In this document: positions 1 to 12,446 of the stretch, piece after piece
Layout of the letters: each line of letters starts with the position of its first letter
Numbering within the stretch: the first letter of the stretch is position 1
Assembly: GCA_046563655.1 (NCBI GenBank)
Contig: CM102287.1
Coordinates: forward strand, 3,286,001 to 3,350,000
Reading direction: 5' to 3'
DNA from: Yuukianura sp. NJ FZ-2021
Taxonomy: Eukaryota
Length of the DNA stretch: 64,000 nucleotides
Notes under the pieces: generated by a model
Told to the model about the DNA's origin: nothing
Databases searched by the model: none
What the model saw: the letters and a program-made list of their open reading frames with translations, nothing else
Position numbers and translations under genes: made by a program

Positions 1-13
1 TTTTTAACTTAAG

Positions 14-133
14 TAGGTGGTCGGAAATGCTGTAAGTGGTCGGGAAAATTGCAAGTGGTCAGAGAAGATGGTCGGAAATTGTTAGGTGGTCTTACTTGTA
101 AGTGGTCGGAAGTTGTAAGGTGGTCGGAAAAGC
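14..133. repeat. Short imperfect tandem array (~19-20 bp unit, core GTGGTCGGAA) inside a mannosidase intron
   Basis: About 7 copies of (A/G)GTGGTC(GGAA) between positions 14 and 133; possibly the end of a non-autonomous element cut by the window edge. Confidence 0.65.
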
Positions 134-403
134 TGTATTTAGTTTTACCTCAAGTTACTAATAAGTTGTCTGTCCATGGCCTTGTGAAATGGTCTTGACG
201 TGAAGTACCCACTCCAGTAATGATCGTCTCGATCAGCATAAGTAAAAAAGTCACCAGAGAGAGCTTTGGGTGCAAATCGTTTTTGCTCAATTTCTTTCTC
301 CAGTGCTGCAAAGTAGTCTTCGAGCGTAGCGAATTTGATCTAAACATCGAAATTTTGAAAAAAAACAAACAAAACATTTTCAGTCAAAACTGTGTTTTGT
401 TAC

Positions 404-2374
404 CTCAACGTGGAGTTCTGGTCTAGCGTTGAGAGCGTCCATAATTCGTTTGTAATTTTCTGTTTGTGCTGCCCATTCCTTGGAGTCTTCCCACCGGAAG
501 TCATCGCCAAGTGGAACCAACAGCACATTCGTCTGATAAAGTTCTGCTTTCTTCCGGTACTGATCCAGAAGTGGCAATGATCTACAAAAAAGCATTGTTA
601 AGTTAAATTCTTTAGTTGGTAGCGTTATTCAAAATTTTTGTGTATCGCTGCTGATTTTGGTCTAATCGTTTTACCTCTCCAGCGTCTGTGTTCTGCCCTC
701 GGCTGTTTTTGCATGCGTGATGGGGATTGGTTTAGGTTGTATTCCCCATGGGCAGCTCATGTGTGACACTGACGACATTCTTTTGAAGTCGTACTGACAA
801 CAAACTTTAGGTTCTGGCCCACACTGGAACAATTTAGTCAAAATCATCAAAGCCATTTTTCACCAAAATTGGCAAAAGTTTGTGCAAAATCACAGAATTT
901 TCAAAAAAGAATTACCGTGTGTGGAATATCGTAGCTGTAGAAAGGCATCATGTGACAGAGGATGTCGGAAGCACCTTCGCTATCTACAATTACAATTAAT
1001 TGACCTTTGACTTGTTTAATTGAATTGAAGAAGATGTTCAACTAATTTACCCCAAATTTGTCTCCACTTGAACTCCAAACCCTTGACTCTGGCCAGCTCC
1101 TTCTTTACAGCATAGTGGGTCCTCTGAATCAACATGTTTTTCACTCCAGAATGCTTTATCAAGTAGGCATTGGTCGGAGACATTCCAAACGGATCAATTG
1201 ACCAACCATTCCTTCAAACAAACAGCACAAATTACAAATTAACGAAAAATTAGTTACTAATTGTCAAAATTTCATGATTACCTTGGAATGTACTTCAAGT
1301 GATGGTAGAGCCACTGGTGCCCCTCGATCAGCTGACTCAACATGGCATAGTAGTGAGCGTTGGCTTCATCCGGCATGACCCACCCTCCAGTAACGAATTC
1401 CAGTCTTCCTTCGTTCGTTAGCCTGGAAAATTTGAGTTTTTTTTTAATTTTGAACATTTTTTGAAAGCTGTTTGAACAAAATGACTTTTACCCCTTGACC
1501 TCTGCCTTTTCAGATGAGTCCAAACCGTCCCACCAAAGACTAAAGTAAGAGATTTCTGCCCAAATGAACTTCACTTCCAGATTTTCACGCATTTCTCTCA
1601 GCATTGAATCCAGAATGTGTTTAGTCTGGTCCATAAAGTATCGTTCGAACGTCTTGATCCAACCTACAATTAATCGATCAATCAATTAATCAACTGTTGA
1701 TTAATTGATTTTGACTAAATGTTGACATCAAAAGTACCTGGATCATTATGAGAATGAGGAATGACGAAAACTTTAAGTTTGTTTTCGGCAGTGAAACGAG
1801 TCAAGTTGGCCTCAAATTCCCAACCCTGTTTCCAGGCACCGCCATCCGGATTATCGAATTGGAGCAGATCGTAGACATTGAGCATCTGAAAATGAGAAAT
1901 TGACAAACCAATTAACAAGAAACACTAATCGTTTTGAATCAATTACATTAACGTCAGATTTGGCCAGTCGAATCCCAACAGCAGAAGAACAGGGTCCTTG
2001 CTGGATTGGAGCTGGCCCAGTTCGGACTTTTTCTTCAACAGTGGTCTTGTCCCCACCCCAAACACCACCGAGAAAACTGTTCTCATTGTCTTCAACAATT
2101 AGTCGATTAATGTCGTCTAGAGACTTCCGATGTGTCTTGACTGCTTCCTCCAAATGTTTCAGTTTAGATTCTAACTCTGCATACTCAACCTGTATTCCAT
2201 TAATCCATTAGTTCACAAACCTTCAATTAAATCTGACATTTCAAGGCTTACTTTGCTATCACGTTCTAGTAATGATCTTGAGGTAATAGAAGATGTGAGG
2301 ATGTAGAAAAGCAATAAGCAAACTACAATGAATCCGAACGTTCCAAGCACAAACACTTTTTTGAGGTCCAACAT
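404..2374 (-). CDS. MAN2A: Golgi alpha-mannosidase II (GH38), 5' portion; gene continues beyond the left edge
   Basis: ATG at 2374 gives a type II anchor ([26 protein letters not shown]). About 9 GT-AG exons contain GH38 motifs: [96 protein letters not shown]. The last exon in the window ends at a donor next to 404. Confidence 0.93.
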
Positions 2375-3321
2375 TCTTAAATTTCAGTCGATTAACGCTA
2401 CGCCAACTTCTGGACTTGAGAGGCTTCAAAAATCAACGATGGTACTCCAGCAGCATGTGTGAAGTTCCGCTGTTAGTGGTTTTTGTTATCCTGTGAAATT
2501 GAAACAAATCGAAATTAATAACTCATCCACTCCAACTGGGTTAATTTTAAGTAAACACTGATAAATTAGCCTAGTACACATGACATATGAGCGCAATTTA
2601 AACGCTTCACTTCTACAATCCGCAAACACTGACAAACATCAACATCTGTTTGATATGCGATTGATTAATCTTAAGATTAAATTGATCAATTGATTAGAAT
2701 GACATGACAAACATGCCTTACCTGTTCTACTCTACTGCGCAAAGGACGACGTGGAATGCCAATGTCACCGGAATTTTGACCTCGCTTGACCTTGTTAATT
2801 AGAAATTAAATAAATGACTCACACAGTAATTGACGCATTTGAAAAACTCCGACAGATTCCAGATTCCAGAAAAACTGTTTTTCTAAAAAAAAACCCGAAG
2901 TGTCATTTTCCCTCCTTATGGTAGATGACAGAGTAGGAGTTGAGACCTTAATTTAATTGTTAGGCCAATTAACCGTAGTTCAACACAATCGAATAGAATT
3001 TATTAACAACTCAATTAACGATGTCTCAAGTAACCTTATACGCCAATTAGTTAAGTCTTAAAAGCAAGCTTGACGCCAACATTTTTTATATAACATACCT
3101 CACAAAAAAAACTGCTGCATGTTTACGGAGAAAGTCATATCCGGGGACTTTCCTTCCCCCCGCACTTGCCTACTTTCCCCCGAAATTCGGATAAACACTT
3201 TGGATCTGCGTTCCAGTTCAGTCAGTCGGTCACGAAACGTCGCCGTGGACATTCTACTCCTAAAAGTTAGTCCGAAAGAACAACATTCCGAGACACACAA
3301 GTTTGATACATAACAACATAA

Positions 3322-4167
3322 GGGTGATTTGCAGTTATCCGACCGGAGTTGAAACGGGGAGGTGGGGAGTGGGGAGTGGGGAGGAGTCCTCCCCACTCCC
3401 CGTCGCAGGTTCCCATGGTTGAAACGGGGAGTGGGGAGTGGGGAGTGGGGAGTGGGGAGTGGGGAGGAGTGGGGAGGACTCCTCCCCCACTCCCCATGAT
3501 ATGTTACGGTTGAAACTGGGAGTGGGGAGTGGGGAGGAGTGGGGAGTGGGGAGGAGACGAAAACTCTAATGTGTGCTTTACCAAACCTAACTCCGCGCCT
3601 GCGGCTGGGCCATTGAACAAACGCATTACGGATAAGTCTGAGATTGATAAGGGTAATTTCCGTCATGCGTTTTGTTCAATGGCCCGCGCCGGAGGCGCGG
3701 AGTTAGGTTTGGTAAAGCACATGTTAGTGATTTCGTCTGTGGGTTAGGCTGTGCCAATGAAACGGGTTAAGTTTGATTTTGTAACATTTCAACACTCCTC
3801 CCCACTCCCCACTCCTCCCCACTCCCTACTCCTCCCCACTCCCAGTTTCAACAATGGTAATATAGGACGGGGAGTGGGGAGGAGTCCTCCCCACTCCCCA
3901 CTCCTCCCCACTCCCTACTCCTCCCCACTCCCAGTTTCAACAATGGTAATATAGGACGGGGAGTGGGGAGGAGTCCTCCCCACTCCCCACTCCCCACTCC
4001 TCCCCACTCCCTACTCCTCCCCACTCCTCCCCACTCCCTACTCCTCCCCACTCCCAGTTTCAACAATGGTAATATAGGACGGGGAGTGGGGAGGACTCCT
4101 CCTCACTCCCCACTCCCCACTCCCCACCTCCCCGTTTCAACTCGGGTCGGATAACTGCAAATCACCC
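3322..4167. mobile_element. Non-autonomous foldback-type DNA transposon (846 bp) with long TIRs built of (GGGGAGT)n repeats and an 8-bp TSD
   Basis: Left end GGGTGATTTGCAGTTATCCGACC (3322) is the reverse complement of right end GGTCGGATAACTGCAAATCACCC (ends 4167). CAACATAA flanks both sides (3314-3321 and 4168-4175). G-run repeats on the left mirror C-run repeats on the right. Central hairpin at ~3556-3739. No transposase ORF. Confidence 0.88.
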
Positions 4168-4232
4168 CAACATAACTAACGGAATTACGTTAAGTTTAGG
4201 AAATCTTCCAGCTCCAGCTGACCTTTGACCTA

Positions 4233-7200
4233 ATGGCAGATTCCGTCAAGATCGAAGTTCACCGTCGAATGGACAGCGAGGACAACGGAAGTGACGGTGG
4301 GCTGGACTACTACGAACCATTTGAAGACGACCAGGAAGGTCAAGGTTCGTTCGAAATCGAATCCGAACCGGAACACGGTGACGGTACAGTTGCAGAAGAA
4401 GATGTTGAGCAGCGACAGCTGTCATATCCACCCATACCGGTTTACAAGTCGCCCATGCCGTCACCAGCTAAAGATCGAATTGGTTTGCTAACCCCGACCG
4501 AAGAACTGTCCGAAGGTGAGCAGAGCGTTGTTGCATCAGCTAGGAGACACAGTTTGCGACAACGTTCCGGAATCGGAATAGCTGACACATCAGAACTAGT
4601 ACCGGACGAGCAGGTCAGGAGGTCAAGATCGTCAGAACCGCTAGGTCGAAGAGTTTCATTCAATCCAGCTGATCCTCATCCTATCGAGGCGGTACGTTCT
4701 ATACCGCGAAATTCGCCTGACTTGCTGGAGGAAGATGATGCGGAGCAGGTTGACCTTGACATTCTTGACCTAAATGAGGACATGGAAGACTTGATATCGC
4801 TCCAATCCAGACAAGAACTGGTGCTAAATTGGCAGGAAAAACATCTTCAGCATCATTTGTCGCACGAAGACCTGTCTGACATCCTCCAATCATCAGCTGA
4901 GGTAAGCCAACACTCTCAGCTGTTTACGTTAGGTTAGGATTAGCATAATTCTTGACCTTGACCTTTCAAAATTTCAATTCTTGAACAACTATTTTCGAAA
5001 ACTTCAAGGTTAAGCGGAAAAAGCTGTCGCCATTATCATTAATCAATGAAAATCCGAACAAAGATTAGGAAAACCGGTTCATATCAGGAGCTTCCGGTTA
5101 TGAACGGTGACATTTCGGCCCACCAATTTCCGCTTTTTTGTCCGAAAAGTGAAGAAAACGTTACGCTAACGTTAATTTTAGTATTTTGGCTAACGAAAAG
5201 TAATGGTGATGATTTTTGAACAAGATTTCATGCGAAATATTGTGCAAAGCTTTTACGACGGGAGTAAATGAAAAGTTAATGGAGAAATGGCATGTTCTGT
5301 AACTATTCTCCACTTTCTTTTGTTCTCCTTGCACACTTTCTTTTGTCTACTCAAGAAATCTGCAAGTTTGCAAAAAATTTTGCAAACTTGGACTTGCAAA
5401 AAACTGCTCGTGTCGCTGTGCAAAGAAAGAACAATGGGAATCAGCACAGCAGGTGGAATTTACTTATGACATTGATTTTTGTTGCAATATTTTTTAAAGA
5501 AAGAAAGAAAAGACGAAGGAATTGGGCTATTTTTTAAGCTTTTCTCCAAACTTTGGAAAAAAATAAAGAATTTCGCAATTTGCAAACGTGACATCTTGAC
5601 GTTGACATAATAAAGTTGACAAACCGTCGTCGCGAAAAGCTCTACATTCAACTTGTTTTTGGTTTTTCCGTGCGAAAAAAAATGACGAAAATACTGCGCT
5701 GTGAGTTGAAAAGACTGCTGGATACAACTGTGTAGTTTTTATTGTCTTTCTTTCTTTGTTAAATATTTGTTAAAAAATTAAATGGGAACTGTTTTTTTTT
5801 TCTCGCCAATTTCGGAAATGAAATGGAAAAATCAATCGTGTTAAAAGTTTCACGTTATAAACGCCAACTTTGATTGGCAAAAGAGAAAGTGCTAAGAGAT
5901 ATCGTTTTTACGTCAGCATTCTTCAACGTTTGTTTTAATTGACGGTAGAGGCGGGAGCGGGAGTAATAACGAAATTTGTTTTTAATGCATTGTTTCCATT
6001 GCGTCGCAAGCGTCGTACTGATGAATTGTGCTTGTCACGTCGTCGCGTCGTCGTCGTCCCAATTTCAAGATTTACGTACATAACTAAGTGTTCCCATGGT
6101 AACTTAGTGATTAGTAATGCGTTAACATAGCGTTGATTACTTATTTATTGCGTTTAGTTATCGAAATTCGAAATTCTACAAGCAGAGAGGAATTGCGATT
6201 TCGAATTTTCCCACGCAAAATGTGATTCAAACTTTACGCGGCAAAGTCACTATCCACTCCTTTTCTTTGTCTTTTGTTGAATAATCGCTTTAATTCTTCC
6301 TATCACCTCTTCGTAAACCTGAAATCTTAGTGGATTGACTAGAAAAATCGCGTAATACGTGAAAATTTTCCACTTTTTTTTATGTAATAACAGCGAAAGC
6401 GACGACATTTCGCCATAAAAGTAAATTTTAATCAAAGGAGTTTTGATGTCAAAGGACCTTGAGGATCCAGAAATCGATCTCTGAACGTAAGCACAAAGGC
6501 GCCAGTTGTTGCCCGACTGCTCCATTGTTCCTTCTACTGTAATTATTGAACCACTTTTAATTAAAAACGGCTCGATCCCGACACGCCCTTGGTAGGGCTA
6601 CGAACTAAAACTAGTATTTCTTAGTTCCGTGGTGAATTTCTATGATCCAGCTATGAATTACTACAAAGGATCCATTTAGTCAGCTTGACGTAAAGTTGCA
6701 AAAATTGTTGCTGATTCGATTACTTTTCGTTTCAGATGGATCCATCGTCGATAATGAAGTCACTGAGGACCGTTGCGCCGTCGAACTTTGCTCCCGTGGT
6801 TCAGCAAATGACTGACTCCCTGTCGGCGTACCAGTCACACTTGACGATCCTCAACACAATTAGTTTATTCGGTGACAGACTACGAGAGCTACAACCGTTC
6901 GAATACAACCTTGACCTCTTGCCACTTCTCAAGAAGCTTTGTACCCTAGTTGGAGAGACCCGCTCAACATCAGCTGATCTCTCGGCTGCTGTTACGCTGA
7001 GTAAGCTTATCCGTGGAGCCGGTCCGGCTCTGGTTACAGCTGATCTACTGTACATCATCAATGGGTCTAACATGAAACGCAAACCAGCAGCCATGGACGG
7101 ATTGACCTTTGCCCTCCTCACCTTCCCCCGCGATGACTTTGACATTGAGAAGATTGCTGAAGCAGTAAGTCAACTTTTACGTCGTACAAAAAGTCAATGC

Positions 7201-10200
7201 ATTTTGCAAGTTGTCCAAAATCCGGAATCCGAAACTGTATTTTTCACTTTTTCGGATCTCTCGAAACATTTCACGGTTTTTGTGTTTGTTTCAGTTTGTG
7301 TATTTTTGGAGTTTTTGCAAATTGAGTCCCGAGTGTCCTTTGATCGACTTATTGACGAATTGATTAACTTGTTTTGTTCTTTTTCCGCAAGTCCAGAGAC
7401 AAAAAGTGTTACTTGTCATGTGACAAGTTGACATGTCAAACAACATTTTTACCAATAACTAAAACTCAATAACAAAAGCGAAACAGATATTAGTGTCATT
7501 TGACCTTTGGAAAGCCTACGTGACCTTTGACCTTGGAAGTTTCCTTGACCTTTCATCTTGTCCTTAGGTGTCCCATTGCCTCTGGAATCCGAAACGACGA
7601 ATTCGTCAAGCAGCCTTGGAGTGCCTAGCTGTCGTGGCCCACGTTCTGGGTCCTGGAATTGCAATGCCTTTTCTACGAGAATTAATTGAACAAAATAGGT
7701 AAACTAATACGAATTACTAATTGAACAAAATCGGTAATTGAGAACCTAAACAACTAATTTAATTGTGTTGTTGCAATTTTTTGTAGACCGATGGATACTT
7801 CTGAGAATCCGAGCAGTGCTGTATCAGCCAGAGTATCTCGCCGACTCCTTCCGTCGGCATCTCCTATGGGTTTAATTGAATATGGACTTCCGCTTCCGTC
7901 AAAACAATTTTCAAAACAGAGTTTAGAACAACTGGAAACAGGAGGATTGGATCCGATTTTGTCCAAGTCGGACTATGGTCCAGACATCCTCTGGATTCTG
8001 CATGGAGCAGATCAGTCCAAAATGAATTCTGCAAGGTACAACTTGACCTTTGACCTCCAGCATGACTTTTGACCTCTAACTTAATTTAACACTAAATTCT
8101 CTTTTGCTTTCAGATCAAGTCTGACTAGTCGAGATGGACCGAAGTCTTCTAAATCCAGTTCTGCAGTAAGCCGTTTTTTTTATAATGAGAACAAATTTTT
8201 AGTGAATTTTTTGTGATACCCTGCAGATTTAGTTAATTTTTTTGAAAAGTGGCAGAAACGGCTCATTTTTTTAAGAGTGTCAGAACTGGCTATTTTTTTT
8301 TTTTTTTGGAAAAGTGGCAGGATTGGCACATTATTTTTAGAAGTGGCAGAAAAAGTTTGAAAATGGTGGAATTTGGGTCAATTTGAGGGCGGAACATTTC
8401 TCCCGGCGGAGAGTTTGACCCGACGCTGACCTGGATTTTTGATAAGCCTTTTTTGAAAAGTTTGAACATGCAAAGGAGGGAGAAAGTGGCTCAAATACTC
8501 CCTCTTTTCTTTCATTTTCTCCACTTTTGAAAACAACTTTCCCTTGTTCAAATAGAACAACACTTGACATTTCCACTTCCATTTCTCTCATTCTGTTTAT
8601 AAGCAATAGTTTCCACTTTAACCTAATTCATGAAACACTTTCTCTTCTGTCAATAACAACGCGTGACTACTTTTTCAAAGTTTTTCATAAACAGGTTTTA
8701 GGCCAGAGTCATTTTTGAAAACGTTTGGAGAAACAATACTTTTGAATATAAGGTTGCTCATTTGTAGAAAAACCGAAGAAACAAATTCCAAATTCCCGAG
8801 TTTTTACGTTTTCGGGTTAATTTTTCCGGAAATTATTTCTTCAGGGCGTTGCACTGTACGGAAACAAATTCTTTTCAAAAGATAAAATCTGTATCCATTT
8901 TTCGAAAAACGGGATAATTTTTGTCACACTTTTCGAAAAAGTGTTTTGGGACTTTGGGGGAGAAAGATCGATTTTGTTGTAAAACCTAGAAATTGTTAGA
9001 ATTCCATGGAAAATTTCCGGTCATTCATCTTTTTTTGTAAGAATCAATACGGAAGACGAGGATTCTTTGGCAATTACTACACAAAAAATGTGGAAATGTT
9101 AAGTTGATTGGCCAAATGTGAAAAATTAATAAGTCCGTCTCTCGTTTTTCGTCTTTTTTTTTTTTGAATTCTTAAAAATTGGAGTTTTTAGTTTAACTTA
9201 AAGTGAAAGGTGAAAGTTCGTACCCAAAAACTTTGTTTTGAATTTTCCAGGTTCGTGTGGGACGAGTTGAAATTCAGGAACAACATGGAGAAAGTAAAAA
9301 CAAAAATTTTTAAATAATTCAGTTTTTTTTATGACCTTTCGTTTTCAAAAAGTCAGTCGTCATAACTTTTGTTTGTTTAGTTTTTAATTAACAGCTACTT
9401 CTTATAATTCTATGCATGTTATATTTTTACGACCACTTACTTATGTTCCATGTTCATGTGTTTTGAAAAACTTTTTCAAAACAAGTATTTTGATCTTGAC
9501 TTTTCTAAAAATTTGTTCTAAAATGTATACCACTTTGGTAGTTTTGAGACAGAAGCATCGTGAGTGCCTGGCATTCGTCGAAGAAGAAACAATGAAAGAA
9601 AAAGTGGAATTCCGGGACGATTTGGGCGAAACGTACGATGACGATTTGAATTCGAACAGCATTCCGATCAAAACGACACCGCGGGACCGTGACTCCGGAG
9701 TCAGCAGTTTGAAAAGTGTTCGAGTAAGTTCAGTTTTTCAAACCACGTTTTTCAAAAAAGTGTGTTTTTTATCAAAATTTATCAAAAACTTTGTTGTGCC
9801 TTCTAGATTGCGTCACCAACTGAAAGCATTTCCTCTTCCAAGAGTCTTGTGCCGGATGAGGGCGGACCGGCGGGCGGGCCGTTTTCGTCCCCGCCATCGA
9901 CGGGCCAAAGTGATGACCTTGACGATCCCTTCGTCATTCGACGGCCCGTCATGGCCCGCTCCTCTCGTCCGTCTATCACTTCTCTAACGAGTCAAACAGG
10001 CCGAGTGCAACACAGCCCGCCGTTGACACCGCGGAGGGCAGACAGCCCACCGTTGACACCGCGGAGAGCAGACAGTCTGCCGTTAACACCGAGGAGGTCA
10101 GGGGACGAAGAAAACTTAGGCGGTGGGGACGAAGCTCACGTGATGAGTCCAATGACGGAACAAGCTCATTGGCTCAAGAAATCCTGCCCCACCAAAATCC

Positions 10201-11324
10201 CACCGAGGAAGTCCAAGTCGAAGCCACGCGATGGTGGGGCCACGGGACGATTGGCCCCACCTCTAAAGAGTCCCCATGACTCTCTACCACCGAAAACATC
10301 AAGATCGAACGATTCACCTAAACATTTGTTGGCACAGGCGCTTACGCAGCTCAACTCTCCAGAATGGTAATTTCATAAAAATTTTCAAAATTTTGACTTT
10401 TAATTTTGAAACTTTTTTGTTTTTGTTAACTTTAGGGAAGTTACTGTAGATGGATTTGGAATGTTGACGCGACTGCTGCGAACGCATCCAGAATTTTTGC
10501 GATCAGAACTTCCCACGGTAAATCGAGCAGCGTTGCTGCATTTGTCAAATTTGAGGTCACAGGTCACGCGGGCTGCTTGTCACTTTTTTGAAGACTTGTT
10601 TGTTACGTATGGAAAATCTATGGAACAGGTACCCAATCTACAAAAAAAATTTTGATTTTGAACTTTTAAAATTTTTGATTTTTGAAAAAATTAGGACTGT
10701 GAGAAAATCGCTGAGAAGTTGCTAGACAAAACAGCAGATACGAATAAATTCATCCGTGAAGCGAGCACTTCAGCACTGGAGTCCATGGCCATGCACCTTC
10801 CACCTCCAAAGACAATTATTTGCCTAGAGAATTATGGATCCCGGTAAGGTCAAGGTCAAACTTTTTGAGGTCAAAGGTCAACATTTTTTGAAATTTTTAG
10901 ACATCGGAACACAATTGTTCGATCCACGACGGCCCATGTGACGAGACTCCTTGTTCAGCAGTTGGGGGCAGAGAAGATACTAAATCACAATACGAATGCG
11001 CAGAAGGTGCTACCGATGCTAGTCAAGTTCCTACAAGAAGGCAGTTTGGAAACGAGGTACGAACAAACAACATTTTTGAAAAAAACGTTTTTTAAACGTT
11101 TTTGTTCCAATTTTTAGAACACATGCAAAACACGGGCTGGCTTGTCTCGTCGTCCACGGCAGTTTTGAATCGGCTTTGAAGCGCTACATTCCGTCCAGCA
11201 CGTTAAAACAAGTTGAAAAATCCATCAGCTCTATTAAGCATGACGTGAGTTAAAATATTTAAATGTGTAATTAAAATATTAATTAAAATTTATTTTAATT
11301 TTAAAGGTAATTCGAAAGGGTTGA
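4233..11324 (+). CDS. TOGARAM1: TOG array regulator of axonemal microtubules (crescerin/FAM179/CHE-12 family)
   Basis: Exons approx 4233-4901, 6736-7164, 7569-7698, 7788-8035, 8114-8166, (possible 9042-9097 and 9251-9293), 9553-9723, 9807-10366, 10435-10628, 10694-10843, 10901-11055, 11118-11244, 11307-11324. HEAT/TOG motifs match recalled crescerin: KRRIRQAALECLAVVA, AVSARVSRRLLP...GLIEYG, NLRSQVTRAAC, DTNKFIREAS, HRNTIVRSTTA, FLQEGSLETR. Confidence 0.8.
6090..6103. promoter_or_regulatory. X-box (RFX-binding) motif in TOGARAM intron 1
   Basis: GTTCCCATGGTAAC matches the RFX consensus GTTNCC-AT-GGNAAC and lies in a predicted ciliary gene. Confidence 0.6.
10012..10101 (+). repeat. Coding tandem repeat, 30 bp x3 (SPPLTPRRAD) in the TOGARAM linker
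   Basis: Units at 10012-10041, 10042-10071 and 10072-10101 read SPPLTPRRAD / SPPLTPRRAD / SLPLTPRRSG. Confidence 0.85.
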
Positions 11325-12446
11325 AAAGCTGACGAAAAGAGAAAAGCGGATTTAGATGAAACCGAGGAAAAGACGGGCTTTTTAGATCCTGGGTGCTAAT
11401 TGTGACTTACATTTAACTCTAATGATGTTTATCATTAAAGAAATGTCAAATCCTACACTTCAAGTCTTAGCTTGAATAAATCTTACAATTAAAAAGCAGT
11501 TGGAGTGAATTTGAGAGAGAAAAAGCGACAAGAGAAAAAAAAATCCCGAAGCTTGCCGATGCATCGGCTGGGTAATTTAAAAGTAAACCGTCGGTACTTA
11601 AAATTTGCGTATAAACTTACTTATTATAAATTATTAAATACTTATATAAATTAATAAAAACAATAAAATACTTTATGGAATAGTAAAGAGTACTGTAAAA
11701 CTTTTCCGTTTGGAAAGTAGTGTGTTACTTTCTTTTCCGGTGAAAGGCGCAGCAAGTTGCTTTCTCGGAGAGTGAAAAGTTAACGGGACTTTGAATTTGA
11801 ATTTCGCGCCTTTTCTGGCTCCTGACTTTTTTGAAAACTGTCAATTTTGCGGATCTCTCTGTACATTTTTTTTGTTTTGCCTGAGTGAGTGTAGGAGTTC
11901 CGCCCTTTTCCCTTGTAACTCTACTAAAGATTACAAGTAAAGTAGGTGGAGAGTGATTTTAATTCGATTAACTACTAATTAATACTAAATTAACTAATTT
12001 ACAACTCATAGTGTGCGTCAAAACTAAGCCAGGTGAGTTACTGTTCACTCAGCTGATTCTGGTTGAAGCTAAAGTGCTATTACTTCTAACTCCCCTTTGA
12101 TTAATGAAACTTTAATCTTGAGCAAGTAATTAGTGATTCTTGATTGATTCAACTTGATCTGTAACGTTAGAGACTAAATACCTTCCGGGTTTTTAGCGAT
12201 TTTCATGTTAGACGTAAAGGCTAAGCATTGCCACGCCCACGTATTGACAGAAAGGGCGTTTTATATCGCCGGGCTTCTAAAACTAGCAACAGTTTGACAG
12301 TTATCTGACCATGGCTGAAAGTAATCGATTAATGATAATCAAAATCACAAGGACTGTGTGTTTAATTACGAAACGAGGCTAAATGGTTTTGTGGTATGGT
12401 GGTAATGTTAAGTTTGTTGTGAATTTCAGGTCAGCTGTGGGACAAA

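Noticed and set aside
3100..4154. Pro/His/Gly-rich ORFs (PTPHSPLP / GEWGG)
   Set aside because: They are translations of the G/C-run repeats of the foldback element.
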